This document shows, piece by piece, positions 18,956-30,941 of a stretch of DNA of 64,000 nt. Source of the DNA: an uncultured Candidatus Rokubacteria bacterium (GTDB lineage Bacteria; Methylomirabilota; Methylomirabilia; Rokubacteriales; CSP1-6); NCBI GenBank assembly GCA_963771355.1, contig CAVYTA010000007.1:640001-704000 (forward strand). Direction: 5' to 3'. Numbering within the stretch: the first letter of the stretch is position 1; each line of letters opens with the position of its first letter. Below the pieces are notes generated by a model. That model saw only the letters and a list, made by a program, of their open reading frames with translations, ran no database searches and was not told where the DNA came from. The position numbers and the translations under genes are program-made.

Positions 18956-20338
18956 ATGTTCACGGTGGAGGATGTGGTCCGGGGTACAAAGGGCGCCCTC
19001 GTCGGGGGTGATCTCGGCGTGCCCGTGAGCGAGGTGTCCATCGACACCCGTACCCTGCCCGTGGGTGCCGCCTTCTTCGCCATCCAGGGACAGACCGACG
19101 GCCACCGCCATCTGAAGGACGCGATGGCGCGCGGCGCCGCCTGCCTGGTGGTGCACGCCCTGCCCGACGATCTCCCCGCCACCGTGGCGGTGGTGCTGGT
19201 GGACGAGACGACCAAGGCGCTGGGCCGGCTGGCGGCCTATCACCGGGCGCGTTTCACGCTGCCCGTCGCCGCGGTGACCGGGTCCAACGGCAAGACCACG
19301 ACCAAGGAGATGATGGCGGGGGTGCTGGGCGGGCTGGGTCCGGTGCTCAAGCCGGAGGCGTCGTTCAACAACCAGTGGGGCCTGCCGCTCACCGTGCTCC
19401 AGCTCACCGCCGCCCACCGCGCGGTGGCGCTCGAGATCGGCACCAACCGGCCCGGCGAGATCGCGGCGCTGGCGGACATCGCGCGACCCACGGTCGCGGC
19501 GGTGACGGTGGTGTCCACCGCGCACACCGAGTTCCTGGGCTCGCTCGACGAGGTGGCCACGGAGAAGGGCGCGTTGGTGGCGGCGGTGCCGCCGGAGGGG
19601 GCGGTGGTGCTGAACGCGGACGACGCCCGCGTGCTCGGCATGCGCGCCCGCAGCCGCGCCCGCGTGCTCACGGTGAGCGCGCGTGAGCCCGCGGACGTGC
19701 GGGCGGTGGACGCGGTCGAGGAGGCCGGCGGCGGCCTCGCGGTCGCCCTGGAGATCGCGGGCGCCCGCGCCACCGCGCGGCTCGCCTTCGCGGGACGGCA
19801 CAACGTGGTCAACGCGCTCTGCGCGGCGGGCGTGGGACACGCGCTGGGTCTGCCGCTGGCCGCCATCGTGGCGGGGCTGGAGACGGCGCGCCCGGTGAAG
19901 GGGCGCTGCGTGTGGCGGCAGGCGGGCGGCGTCCGCATTCTCGACGACACCTACAACGCCAACCCGGCGTCGGTGCGCGCGGCGCTGGAGACCCTGCGGG
20001 GCGCGCGCGATGCGCGGCGGCTGGTGGTGGTGCTGGGCGACATGCTCGAGCTGGGCGACCTCTCGCCCGCCGCGCACCGGGAGGCCGGCCTCGCGGTGGC
20101 GGCGACGGGCGTCGCCGAGTTCGTGGGCGTGGGCCGCCAGGCTCGCCTCGCGGTGGAGGCGGCGCGCGGCCTCGGCCTCGCCGAGGCCCAGCACGCCTTG
20201 ACGTTCGAGGACACGGTGGCGGTGCTCCTCAAGCGGCTGGCGCCCGGCGACGCGGTGCTGGTGAAGGGCTCACGCGGGATGCGGATGGAGCGAGTGGTGG
20301 ACGCGCTCATGGCACGGCTCGGAGGGGAGGATGGCTGA
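18956..20338 (+). CDS. murF: UDP-MurNAc-pentapeptide synthetase
   Basis: VTGSNGKTTTK, SFNNQWG, DDTYNANP, LGDMLELG, VKGSRG. Confidence 0.96.
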   Translation: MFTVEDVVRGTKGALVGGDLGVPVSEVSIDTRTLPVGAAFFAIQGQTDGHRHLKDAMARGAACLVVHALPDDLPATVAVVLVDETTKALGRLAAYHRARFTLPVAAVTGSNGKTTTKEMMAGVLGGLGPVLKPEASFNNQWGLPLTVLQLTAAHRAVALEIGTNRPGEIAALADIARPTVAAVTVVSTAHTEFLGSLDEVATEKGALVAAVPPEGAVVLNADDARVLGMRARSRARVLTVSAREPADVRAVDAVEEAGGGLAVALEIAGARATARLAFAGRHNVVNALCAAGVGHALGLPLAAIVAGLETARPVKGRCVWRQAGGVRILDDTYNANPASVRAALETLRGARDARRLVVVLGDMLELGDLSPAAHREAGLAVAATGVAEFVGVGRQARLAVEAARGLGLAEAQHALTFEDTVAVLLKRLAPGDAVLVKGSRGMRMERVVDALMARLGGEDG

Positions 20339-21417
20339 TGCTGTACCTACTCCTCGTGCCGCTCGCCAAGGATCACATCGCCTTCAACGTCTTCCGGTAC
20401 ATCACGTTCCGGGCGGCGATGGCGACGGTGTCCGCGCTGGTGATCTGCTTCGTGGTGGGCCCCTGGCTGATTCAACGGCTGCGCGAGCTGCAGCACGGCG
20501 GGGACACCATCCGGGAGGACACCCCGGCGCGGCATCGCGCGAAGGCGGGGACGCCCACCATGGGGGGGCTCGTGATCCTGGCCGCCGTCCTCGTCTCGAC
20601 CCTCCTGTGGGCGAACCTCGCCAACCGCTACGTGTGGACGGTGATCCTCGCCACCGCCGGCCTGGGTGCCATCGGGTTCCTCGACGACTGGAAAAAGCTC
20701 CGGACGCGCAAGGGCATCTCGGCCAAGCAGAAGTTCGGCGCGCAGATCCTCTGGGTGGGCCTCCTCACCACCTCGCTCTACGTCTGGCCGCCGGACGGCT
20801 TCACCACCGGGCTCGCCATCCCTTTCTTCAAGGGCTGGCTGCTGACCCTGGGCACCCTCTGGGTGCCCTTCGCCCTGCTGGTGATCGTGGGCGCGTCGAA
20901 CGCGGTGAACCTCACCGACGGGCTGGACGGGCTGGCCATCGGGCCCATCGTGATGGCGGGGGGCGCCTTCGCGCTCATCGCCTATCTCACCGGCAACTTC
21001 CGCGCCGCCGAGTACCTCCGCATCCTGAACGTCAAGGGAACCGGCGAGCTGACGGTGTTCTGCGGGGCCCTGGTGGGAGCGGCCCTGGGCTTCCTCTGGT
21101 TCAACACCTATCCCGCCCAGGTCTTCATGGGCGACGTGGGCTCGCTCGCGCTGGGGGGCGCCATCGGCACGCTGGCGGTGCTCACCAAGTCCGAGCTGCT
21201 GCTGCCGCTCATCGGCGGCATCTACGTGGTGGAGGCGGGCTCGGTGATCATCCAGGTCGCGTCCTTCAAGCTCACCGGCCGGCGCGTGTTCAAGATGGCA
21301 CCGCTCCACCATCACTACGAGCTGCAGGGTTGGGCCGAGCCCAAGATCATCGTCCGTTTCTGGATCGTCTCATTCATGCTGGCGCTCCTCGCGCTCACTA
21401 CGCTGAAGCTCAGGTGA
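20338..21417 (+). CDS. mraY: Phospho-N-acetylmuramoyl-pentapeptide transferase
   Basis: KAGTPTMGG, NAVNLTDGLDG, VFMGDVG, MAPLHHHYE. Confidence 0.97.
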   Translation: MLYLLLVPLAKDHIAFNVFRYITFRAAMATVSALVICFVVGPWLIQRLRELQHGGDTIREDTPARHRAKAGTPTMGGLVILAAVLVSTLLWANLANRYVWTVILATAGLGAIGFLDDWKKLRTRKGISAKQKFGAQILWVGLLTTSLYVWPPDGFTTGLAIPFFKGWLLTLGTLWVPFALLVIVGASNAVNLTDGLDGLAIGPIVMAGGAFALIAYLTGNFRAAEYLRILNVKGTGELTVFCGALVGAALGFLWFNTYPAQVFMGDVGSLALGGAIGTLAVLTKSELLLPLIGGIYVVEAGSVIIQVASFKLTGRRVFKMAPLHHHYELQGWAEPKIIVRFWIVSFMLALLALTTLKLR

Positions 21418-21426
21418 GGGGCGGCA

Positions 21427-22839
21427 ATGCTGGAGACTGAGATCGCGGCCATGGACAGAGGGGCGGCATACCGGCGCTGGCTCGATGGGAAGACGGTCGC
21501 CGTGGTCGGCCTCGCCAAGAGCGGGGTGGCGGCGGCGCGGCTGGTCGCACGACTGGGCGGCCACGTGCTCGCCTCGGACGCGGCGCCCCGCGAGGCCTGG
21601 TCGCCGGTGGCGCGGGGGCTCGAGTCGCCCCAGATCAAGACGTGGTCCGGCCATCCCGACGAGGCCTTCCGGGGCGCCGAGCTCGTGGTGGTGAGCCCCG
21701 GCGTGCCGCTGGAGACCCCATCACTGGTGGCGCTCCAGGCGCGCGGCGTGCCGGTGATCAGCGAGCTGGAGCTGGCCTTCCGCGTGCTGGAGGCGGAGGT
21801 CATCGCCATCACCGGGACCAATGGCAAGACCACCACCACCGCGCTGACCGGCGAGATCCTCCGGGGCCAGGTGCGCCCGGTGCTGGTGGGCGGCAATATC
21901 GGCACCCCGCTGTCCGAGGGGGCGCTGGATTTCCCCGCCGCCGGCCTCGTGGTGGCGGAGACCTCCTCCTTCCAGCTGGAAGCGACGGAGACCTTCCGCC
22001 CGCGGGTGGCCATCGTGCTCAACCTTGCCCCCGACCATCTCGACCGCCACCGCACCTACGCGCGCTACGTGGACGCCAAGGCGCGCATCTTCGCCAACCA
22101 GACGGAGGCGGACTGCGCGGTGCTCAACGCCGACGATCCCGACACGGTGGCCCTGGCCGGCCGCACCCGGGCGCGCGTGCTGTGGTTCAGCCGCCAGCGG
22201 TCGCTGGATCACGGTGTCTTCGTGCGCGACGGCTGGATCGTGGCCAAGCTCAACGGCCACGTGGAGCCGGTGGCCCCGGTGGCCGAGGTCTCGCTCCGCG
22301 GGGCCCACAACGTGGAGAACGTGCTCGCCGCCACCGCGGGGGCGCTGTGGACCGGCATGGAGCCGGCCACCATCCGGAAAGGGATCGCGATGTTTCGGGG
22401 GGTGGCGCACCGCATCGAGCGCGTGCACGACGCGCGCGGAGTCACCTTCTACAACGACTCGAAGGGGACCAACGTCGCCTCCACCATCAAGGCGCTCGAG
22501 AGCTTCCCGGAGCCGGTGGTCCTCATCGCGGGCGGCAAGGGCAAGGGCCAGGATTTCGCCCCCCTCGCCGCCGCCGCCCGGGGCCGGGTGCGCAACGCGG
22601 TGCTGATCGGGGTCGACCGCGACCAGATCCGCCGGGAGCTCGCCGCCGCCGGCATTCCCACCGAGGACGCCGAGACCATGGAGGCGGCGGTGCGGCAGGC
22701 CTCGCGGCGCGCCCGCATCGGCGACGTGGTGCTGCTGTCGCCCGCCTGCGCGTCCTTCGACATGTTCCAGAACTACGAGCATCGCGGCGAAGTGTTCAAG
22801 GACGCCGTCCGCCGCCTGGTGCCGGGGGGAGCGTCCTGA
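21427..22839 (+). CDS. murD: UDP-MurNAc-L-Ala:D-Glu ligase
   Basis: GLAKSG, SPG, ITGTNGKTT, SSFQL, DHLDRH, NDSKGTN, LSPACASFD. Confidence 0.96.
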   Translation: MLETEIAAMDRGAAYRRWLDGKTVAVVGLAKSGVAAARLVARLGGHVLASDAAPREAWSPVARGLESPQIKTWSGHPDEAFRGAELVVVSPGVPLETPSLVALQARGVPVISELELAFRVLEAEVIAITGTNGKTTTTALTGEILRGQVRPVLVGGNIGTPLSEGALDFPAAGLVVAETSSFQLEATETFRPRVAIVLNLAPDHLDRHRTYARYVDAKARIFANQTEADCAVLNADDPDTVALAGRTRARVLWFSRQRSLDHGVFVRDGWIVAKLNGHVEPVAPVAEVSLRGAHNVENVLAATAGALWTGMEPATIRKGIAMFRGVAHRIERVHDARGVTFYNDSKGTNVASTIKALESFPEPVVLIAGGKGKGQDFAPLAAAARGRVRNAVLIGVDRDQIRRELAAAGIPTEDAETMEAAVRQASRRARIGDVVLLSPACASFDMFQNYEHRGEVFKDAVRRLVPGGAS

Positions 22840-23962
22840 TGCCGCGCAAGCTCTCACCCGACATCTGGCTGTTCGGCGTGGTGCTGGCTCTGGTCTTGTT
22901 CGGGGTGGTGATGGTGTACTCGGCGAGCGCCATCATTGCCGCCGACCGCTTCGGGGACCCCTTCTTCTTCCTGAAGAAGCAGCTGTTCTGGGCGCTCCTG
23001 GGCGGCGGTCTCCTGTGGGCCGCGCTCCGGCTGGACTACCGCCGGCTCGAGCGCCTGGTGGTGCCTCTTGCTGGTGGTGTCCATTGCGCTGCTGGTGCTG
23101 GTCCTGGTGCCGCCCTTCGGACAGGCCATCAACGGTACCCGCCGGTGGTTCCGGATCGGGCCGCTCTCGTTCCAGCCGGTGGAGCTGGCGAAGTTCGCGC
23201 TGGTGCTCTACCTCGCCTCCTTCCTCACGCGCCGCGTGGAGGCGATCCGGAGCTTCTGGCAGGGGCTCTTCCCCATTCTCCTGGTGGCGGGGACCATGGC
23301 GCTGCTCACCCTCGTCCAGCCGGACCTGGGCAATAGCCTCGCGCTGGTGGTGCTGACCCTCGTCCTCGCCTATCTCGCGGGCGCCCGCGTGAAGCACATG
23401 GCGTGGGTGGCGGCGGCGGCGCTGCCGCTGGTGGCGCTCGCGGTCGCGCTGAAGCCGTATCGGTGGCGGCGCATGGTGGCCTTCGTCAACCCCTGGGACG
23501 ATCCGCAGGGGAGCGGATTCCAGATCATCCAGTCCTTCCTCGCGCTCGGCTCGGGTGGCCTCACCGGCCGCGGCCTGGGGGGCTCGAAGCAGAAGCTCTT
23601 CTACCTGCCGGAGCCCTACACCGATTTCATCTTCGCCATCGTGGGCGAGGAGCTGGGGCTGATCGGCGCCGTCGGCGTCATCGCGCTCTTCGCGGTGCTC
23701 ATCTGGCGGGGGCTGCGCGTCGGCCTGCGCGCTCCGGATCCCTTCGGCAGCTATCTCGCGCTCGGGCTCACCGTGATGCTGGCCACCCAGACGCTCGTGA
23801 ACCTCGGCGTGGTGCTGGGCGCGCTGCCTACCAAGGGGCTGCCGCTGCCCTTCGTCTCCTTCGGCGGCTCCGCGCTCCTCATGACCATGTTCTCGGCGGG
23901 CGTGCTGCTGAACATCTCGCAGCACGCCACCGGCGGCGCGGCGTGGGAGGAGTCCCCCGCCC

Positions 23963-23970
<8 letters not shown>
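22839..23970 (+). CDS. ftsW: Peptidoglycan glycosyltransferase FtsW (SEDS); frameshift near 23066
   Basis: GVVMVYSAS in first frame; [38 protein letters not shown] in second frame. Confidence 0.93.
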
Positions 23971-25360
<1,390 letters not shown>

Positions 25361-25363
25361 CGC

Positions 25364-26245
25364 ATGCTCGGAGAGATCCGCGGCGAGGTGCGTTTCAAGG
25401 AGCCCCTGAGCTTCCACACGTCCTTGCGCATCGGCGGGCCGGCCGACTTCTTCATCGTGCCGCAGGACGTGGAAGACATCCGCCTGGCGCTGGCCTTCGC
25501 GGACAAGGAGGGCCTGCCCGTGGAAGTGGTGGGCGGCGGCAACAACCTCCTCGTCCGCGATCGCGGCATCCGCGGCGTGGTGCTGAAGCTCGAGGGCTGC
25601 CTGGGACGCGCCGAGTTCCACGGCGAGGAGGCGGTGGCGGGCGCGGGGGTGAGCCTGTCCGCCCTCATCCGCGAGGCGGCCGCGCTGAACCTGGGAGGGC
25701 TCGAGTGCCTGGTCGGCATCCCCGCCACCATCGGCGGCGCGGTGGCGATGAACGCGGGCACGCTGGACGGCGGCATCGGCGACTTCGTCTCGGCCGTCTA
25801 CTTCCTCCACCCCGACGGCGCCCTCGGCGAGTACAAGCCCGGGGCGGGAGCCTACGGGTACCGTTCCTTCGCCGCGCCGCCCGGCGCGGTGCTCATCGGC
25901 GCGCGGCTGCGCCTGCAGCGGCGGCCCTACGCCGAGATCCAGCGCGACATCAAGCTGCGGCTCAAGCAGAAGAAGTCCACCCAGCCGCTGGCGCTGGCCT
26001 CGGTGGGCTGTGTATGGAAGAACCCGTCCGGCGAGACCGCCTCGAGGATGATCGAGAAGGTCGGGCTCAAGGGCAAGCGGCTCAACGGGGCCGAGATCTC
26101 GGCCAAGCACGCCAACTTCATCGTCAACCGAGGGGGCGCCATGGGCGCGGACATCATGGCCCTCATGGAGCTCACCCGCGAACGGGTGCGGAACCACTTC
26201 GGGATCCGGCTCGAGCCCGAGATCCGCGTGCTCGGCGAGGGGTAG
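25364..26245 (+). CDS. murB: UDP-N-acetylenolpyruvoylglucosamine reductase
   Basis: HTSLRIGGPA, GGGNN, GIPATIGGAVAMNAG, GCVWKNP, KHANFIVN. Confidence 0.95.
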   Translation: MLGEIRGEVRFKEPLSFHTSLRIGGPADFFIVPQDVEDIRLALAFADKEGLPVEVVGGGNNLLVRDRGIRGVVLKLEGCLGRAEFHGEEAVAGAGVSLSALIREAAALNLGGLECLVGIPATIGGAVAMNAGTLDGGIGDFVSAVYFLHPDGALGEYKPGAGAYGYRSFAAPPGAVLIGARLRLQRRPYAEIQRDIKLRLKQKKSTQPLALASVGCVWKNPSGETASRMIEKVGLKGKRLNGAEISAKHANFIVNRGGAMGADIMALMELTRERVRNHFGIRLEPEIRVLGEG

Positions 26246-26256
26246 GAGCGCACGCC

Positions 26257-27111
26257 ATGGGCCGTCTCTCCGTGCTGTCGCCGCGCCGTCTCGACCGCGA
26301 GCTCGAGGACTGGGGCGAGCGCCGCGCGCTGGTCGGGCATCAGCGCGTCGACCGCCGCCGGCGCGTGGCCCGGCGCGCGCGCCGCCTGGCCCCGGTGGCG
26401 CTGGCCGCCCTGGTCGTGCTCGCGCTGTCCGGGGCGGGCGCCCTGGGCGCGCGCTGGCTCCTCACCTCGCCGCGCTTCGCGGTGGCCGAGGTGGAGGTGC
26501 GCGGCGCGAGCCGGCTCGCCGCCGAGGAGATCATCGCCGCCTCCGGCATCCGGCGCGGGGTGAACCTCTGGCGGCTCGATCCTGCGGAGGTGGTGGCGGG
26601 GGTGGAGGCGCTGAGCGCGGTGCGGCGCGCGGAAGTGATCCGCGCCTTCCCGAACCGGGTCACCGTGGTGGTGGAAGAGCGCCGGCCCTTCACGCTCGTC
26701 CACGCGGGCCGCCTGCACTGGATCGACGAGAACGGGATGCCGATCGCGCGCGAGTCCAATGCGGTCGCTCCGTCCCTGCCCGTGATCAGCGGGCTCAGCT
26801 CGGAGGAGATCGCCTCCGCCACCCGGGCGCCCTCCGACCGCCTGCTCACCGGCGTCCAGCTCATCCGCACGCTCCTGCGCGCGGGGAGCCCGCTGGTCGG
26901 ACAGATCTCCGAGGTGGACGTGAGCCGGAGCGACGGCCCGGTGCTCTACACGGTGGAGGGGATCGAGGTACGCCTGGGCTCGGAGGAGTGGGACTCCCGC
27001 ATCCCGCGCCTCGCCGGCGTGCTCGCTCAGGTCGCCTCCTCGGGTCAGCCGGTAAGCACCATCGATCTACGGTTTCGCGATCAGGTCGTACTCAAACCCT
27101 TGGTCCGCTGA
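26257..27111 (+). CDS. ftsQ: Cell division protein FtsQ/DivIB
   Basis: TM helix, POTRA domain, C-terminal IDLRF; directly upstream of ftsA. Confidence 0.9.
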   Translation: MGRLSVLSPRRLDRELEDWGERRALVGHQRVDRRRRVARRARRLAPVALAALVVLALSGAGALGARWLLTSPRFAVAEVEVRGASRLAAEEIIAASGIRRGVNLWRLDPAEVVAGVEALSAVRRAEVIRAFPNRVTVVVEERRPFTLVHAGRLHWIDENGMPIARESNAVAPSLPVISGLSSEEIASATRAPSDRLLTGVQLIRTLLRAGSPLVGQISEVDVSRSDGPVLYTVEGIEVRLGSEEWDSRIPRLAGVLAQVASSGQPVSTIDLRFRDQVVLKPLVR

Positions 27112-27119
27112 GGAGGCGC

Positions 27120-28352
27120 ATGGGCAGAGCGAAGGGGCGCGCGGTCATCGCGGGGCTCGACGTCGGCACCACCAAGATCTGCTGCGTGATCGCGGAGCCG
27201 ACGCCCTCGGGCGGACTGGACATCGTGGGGGTGGGCGTCAGCCCCTCGCGGGGCTTGCGCAAGGGTGTGGTGGTCAACATCGACTCCACGGTGGAGTCGA
27301 TCAAGCAGGCGGTGGCCGAGGCGGAGCAGGTGGCGGGCGTGGAGATCGCCTCGGTGGTGGCGGGGATCGCGGGCGGACACATCCGCGGCATCAACAGCCG
27401 CGGGGTGGTGGCGGTGTCCGGCAAGCTCCGCGAGGTGAGCCAGGCCGACGTGGATCGGGCCCTGGAAGCGGCCAAGGCCGTCAACCTGCCTCCGGACCGC
27501 GAGATCATCCACGTGCTTCCGCAGACCTTCGTGGTGGACGACCAGGACGGGATCAAGGAGCCGGTCGGCATGTCGGGCGTGCGGCTCGAGGTGGAGGTGC
27601 ACCTGGTCACCGGCGCCGTCACCTCGGTGCAGAACGTGATCCGCAGCGTGAATCGCGCCGGGCTGGCGGTGCAGGACATCGTGCTGGAGCCCCTGGCCTC
27701 CTCGGAAGCGGTGGTCTCTCCGGAGGAGAAGGAGCTGGGCATTCTCCTGGTGGACCTGGGCGGGGGCACCACCGACGCCGCCCTCTTCCGCGACGGCGCC
27801 CTCTGGTATACGGGCATTCTCCCGCTGGGCGGCGACCACATCTCCAATGACATCGCGGTCGGCCTGCGCACGCCCACGTCCGACGCGGAAGAGCTGAAGA
27901 AGCGCTATGGGTGTGCGCTGACCGCGCTGGTGCGCGAGGACGAGACCATCGACGTGCCGAGCGTGGGCGGGCGCAAGCCGCGCCAGCTCTCGCGCCAGAT
28001 CCTGTCCGAGATCGTCCAGCCGCGGGTGGAGGAGATCTTCACCCTGGTTGCCCGGGATCTGACCCGGGCCGGCCTGCAGGACGTGGCGGCGGGGGGCGTG
28101 GTGGTGACGGGCGGGACGTCCATCATGCACGGGGTCCCGGAGCTCGCCGAGCAGATCTTCGATCTTCCCGTGCGCCGGGGCGTCCCCGGCGACATCGGAG
28201 GACTGGCGGACGTGGTGCGGAGTCCGATATATTCGACGGCGGTGGGCCTGGCGCGGTACGGCGCCCGGGGGCAGCGGTCCGGTGCGCCCATCGATGGCGC
28301 CGACGGCTCACTCGGGAATCGTCTCCGCGAATGGCTCGCGAAGCTTTTCTAA
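27120..28352 (+). CDS. ftsA: Cell division protein FtsA
   Basis: [22 protein letters not shown]-terminal amphipathic helix WLAKLF. Confidence 0.97.
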   Translation: MGRAKGRAVIAGLDVGTTKICCVIAEPTPSGGLDIVGVGVSPSRGLRKGVVVNIDSTVESIKQAVAEAEQVAGVEIASVVAGIAGGHIRGINSRGVVAVSGKLREVSQADVDRALEAAKAVNLPPDREIIHVLPQTFVVDDQDGIKEPVGMSGVRLEVEVHLVTGAVTSVQNVIRSVNRAGLAVQDIVLEPLASSEAVVSPEEKELGILLVDLGGGTTDAALFRDGALWYTGILPLGGDHISNDIAVGLRTPTSDAEELKKRYGCALTALVREDETIDVPSVGGRKPRQLSRQILSEIVQPRVEEIFTLVARDLTRAGLQDVAAGGVVVTGGTSIMHGVPELAEQIFDLPVRRGVPGDIGGLADVVRSPIYSTAVGLARYGARGQRSGAPIDGADGSLGNRLREWLAKLF

Positions 28353-28380
28353 CCGCGTGGCCAAGGCAAAGGAGGCGAGG

Positions 28381-29544
28381 ATGGAGCAGGGACGGGGACG
28401 GCGCCCGATGTTCGAGATCGACGAGGAGCGTGAAGTCGCCAAGATCAAGGTGATCGGCCTCGGCGGCGGCGGCTCGAATGCCGTGAACCGGATGATGGCG
28501 GCCCGCTTCACCGGCGTGGAGTTCATCGTCGCCAACACCGATCTGCAGGCGCTCCGCTCCTCGCCCGCGCCCTACAAGATCCAGCTCGGAGCCAAGCTCA
28601 CCAGCGGGCTCGGCGCCGGCTCCAATCCCGAGGTCGGGAGGAGCGCCGCCCAGGAAGACCGCGACGAGATCCGCCAGGTGCTGGAAGGCGCCGACATGGT
28701 CTTCGTCACCGCGGGGCTCGGGGGCGGGACCGGCACCGGCGCGGCGCCGGTGGTGGCGGCGGTGGCGAAGGATCTGGGCATCCTCACCGTGGCGGTGGTC
28801 ACCAAGCCCTTCCACTTCGAGGGGCGCCGGCGGCAGCAGCAGGCCGAGACGGGTCTGGCCGAGCTGCGCGCGGTGGTGGATACCCTCATCTCCATCCCCA
28901 ATCAGCGTCTCCTCGCGGTGGTGGACCGCGGCACCCCGCTGGTGGAGGCGTTCAAGGTCGCCGACACCGTGCTGCTCCAGGCGGTGCAGGGCATCTCGGA
29001 TCTCATCCTCGTGCCCGGCCTCATCAACCTCGACTTCGCCGACGTGCGCACCATCATGTCCGGCATGGGCATGGCGCTGATGGGCGCAGGGACGGGCAAG
29101 GGCCAGAACCGCGCGCTCGACGCCGCGCAGAAGGCGGTCGCCAGCCCGCTGCTCGACGAGACCTCCATCGAGGGCGCCCGGGGCATCCTCATCAACTTCA
29201 CCGGCGGCAGCGATCTCTCCATCCACGAGGTGGAGGAGGCGGCCAAGATCGTCCAGGAGGCGGCGCACGAGGAGGCCAACATCATCTTCGGCGCGGTGAT
29301 CGACGAGACGCTCCAGGACGAGGTGCGCATCACCGTCATCGCCACCGGCTTCACCGAGCGCAAGGTGGAGATGGGCCCGTCTCCCACCAAGGTGGTGGAT
29401 CTGCCCTCGCGTCCCTCGCGGGCGCCCGCTCCGGGTGGGTCCTGGCGCCGCCGCGTGATGCCCGACGCGCGCGGGGAGGGCGGCGAGCAGGGCGTCGAGG
29501 AGGACCTGGACGTGCCGGCTTTCCTCCGCCGGCAGGCCGACTAG
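28381..29544 (+). CDS. ftsZ: Cell division protein FtsZ
   Basis: [18 protein letters not shown] tubulin motif, NLDFADV, C-terminal DVPAFLR (alternative start 28408). Confidence 0.98.
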   Translation: MEQGRGRRPMFEIDEEREVAKIKVIGLGGGGSNAVNRMMAARFTGVEFIVANTDLQALRSSPAPYKIQLGAKLTSGLGAGSNPEVGRSAAQEDRDEIRQVLEGADMVFVTAGLGGGTGTGAAPVVAAVAKDLGILTVAVVTKPFHFEGRRRQQQAETGLAELRAVVDTLISIPNQRLLAVVDRGTPLVEAFKVADTVLLQAVQGISDLILVPGLINLDFADVRTIMSGMGMALMGAGTGKGQNRALDAAQKAVASPLLDETSIEGARGILINFTGGSDLSIHEVEEAAKIVQEAAHEEANIIFGAVIDETLQDEVRITVIATGFTERKVEMGPSPTKVVDLPSRPSRAPAPGGSWRRRVMPDARGEGGEQGVEEDLDVPAFLRRQAD

Positions 29545-29668
29545 GCCCGCTCCGGACGGCGGCGTCGCTCGCGGAGGACTGTCCCCGCTCCGCGACCACT
29601 CGATCACTCTCTTGCCCGACCGCAGGCGGAGATAGTGCCCGCAGGACGCGTGAGAGAATGGACGCGCG

Positions 29669-30115
29669 ATGATCGCCTTCCTGACCCGGCCCAGCACGCC
29701 GCCCGCGCAAGCGCTCCCGCGGCTGCGCGGCGCGCCCGCCGACCTTCGCCCGCGCGTGGTGGTGGCGCGGGTGGGGCAGGCGGGTGACGATGCGGCGCTG
29801 GCCGACCGTCTCGCGACCATGAAGATCGCGGCGCGCCCCACCGAGCGTGACGCCGCCGATCCCCTCGTCGCGGGCTGGCTCGGCGCGCCGTCGGATGATC
29901 CGGTCCGCGGCGCGGCGCTGCTCGATCTCTTTCTCCTGGGCGGCGGATGGCCGCTGCTCGACTCCGTGCTCGCGCGCCTGGAAGCGATGCCGGCCGGTGC
30001 CTCGCGGGCGTTCCGGCTGGAGGCGCTGGGAGGTCTCGCCGGCGTGCGCCCTGCGGCAGACGTGCTCCCGTCGCCGGCGGACTTTCTCCCCGGCGGCGCC
30101 CCCTTCGCGGCATGA
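29669..30115 (+). CDS. Hypothetical protein, coupled to pgeF
   Basis: 148-aa ORF filling the ftsZ-pgeF gap; ATGA overlap with pgeF. Confidence 0.65.
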   Translation: MIAFLTRPSTPPAQALPRLRGAPADLRPRVVVARVGQAGDDAALADRLATMKIAARPTERDAADPLVAGWLGAPSDDPVRGAALLDLFLLGGGWPLLDSVLARLEAMPAGASRAFRLEALGGLAGVRPAADVLPSPADFLPGGAPFAA

Positions 30116-30873
30116 GCGTGCCGATCGATCCGGTTGGGCCGCCGTATCTCACCTCCGCCCTGCTCGAGCGCGCGGGACTGCCGCATCTCTTCACCACGCG
30201 CCATTTCCCCGGCGTCGCGAGCACCGCCGATGGCGGCGAGCCCTTCACCCCGGAAGCCCGCCCGCTCCTGTCCGGGCGCGGCCTCGCGGGCGCCCCCGCC
30301 TATGCGCGCCAGATCCACGGGGCCGAGGTGCTCGTGGCGGAGCGCGAGGGCCGGCTGGGCGAGGCCGACGCCCTCCTCACCGAGCGCGTGGCCCTGCCCC
30401 TGGCCATCTTCACCGCCGATTGCCTCCCGCTGATCCTCTACGACCCCGCGGGACGACGCCTCGCCGCCGTCCACGCGGGCTGGCGCGGCACCGTGCAGTC
30501 GGTGGCCCGCGCCGCGGTGGACCGTCTCGTGGAGGCCGGCTCTCCCGCCGATGGGCTCGTGGTGGCCATCGGCCCCTCCATCGGCCCCTGCTGCTACGAG
30601 GTAGACGGCCCCGTGATCGAGCGGCTGAGCGCGGCCTTCCCCGGCGGCTGGGAGCGATGGACCATTCCCGCGGGGCCGGGGAAATGGATGCTCGACCTCT
30701 GGCAGGCCAACGAGGATCAGCTAGCGGCCGCCGACGTGGACCGCGCCATGATCGAGAACCTGCGCCTGTGCACCGCCTGCAATCCGGATCGCTTCTTCTC
30801 CTACCGTCGTGAGGGTTCGGTGCGCCTCGGCCGTACCGGCCGCCTGGTAGCCATGGCCGCCATCCCGGGCTGA
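30112..30873 (+). CDS. pgeF: Peptidoglycan editing factor / purine nucleoside enzyme (YfiH/PgeF)
   Basis: QIHG, TADCLP, HAGWRG, GPSIGPCCYEV, FFSYRR. Confidence 0.93.
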   Translation: MSVPIDPVGPPYLTSALLERAGLPHLFTTRHFPGVASTADGGEPFTPEARPLLSGRGLAGAPAYARQIHGAEVLVAEREGRLGEADALLTERVALPLAIFTADCLPLILYDPAGRRLAAVHAGWRGTVQSVARAAVDRLVEAGSPADGLVVAIGPSIGPCCYEVDGPVIERLSAAFPGGWERWTIPAGPGKWMLDLWQANEDQLAAADVDRAMIENLRLCTACNPDRFFSYRREGSVRLGRTGRLVAMAAIPG

Positions 30874-30941
30874 GCCCACACTCCGGCTCCGTGCTAGAAT
30901 TGCCCAGCCGGACAGGGGTTTAGCCCCCTCCGGACTTCACG

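Noticed and set aside
29569..29595. Hairpin TCGCGGAG...CTCCGCGA after ftsZ as a terminator
   Set aside because: Only an 8-bp GC stem with no U-tract; common by chance at this GC content.
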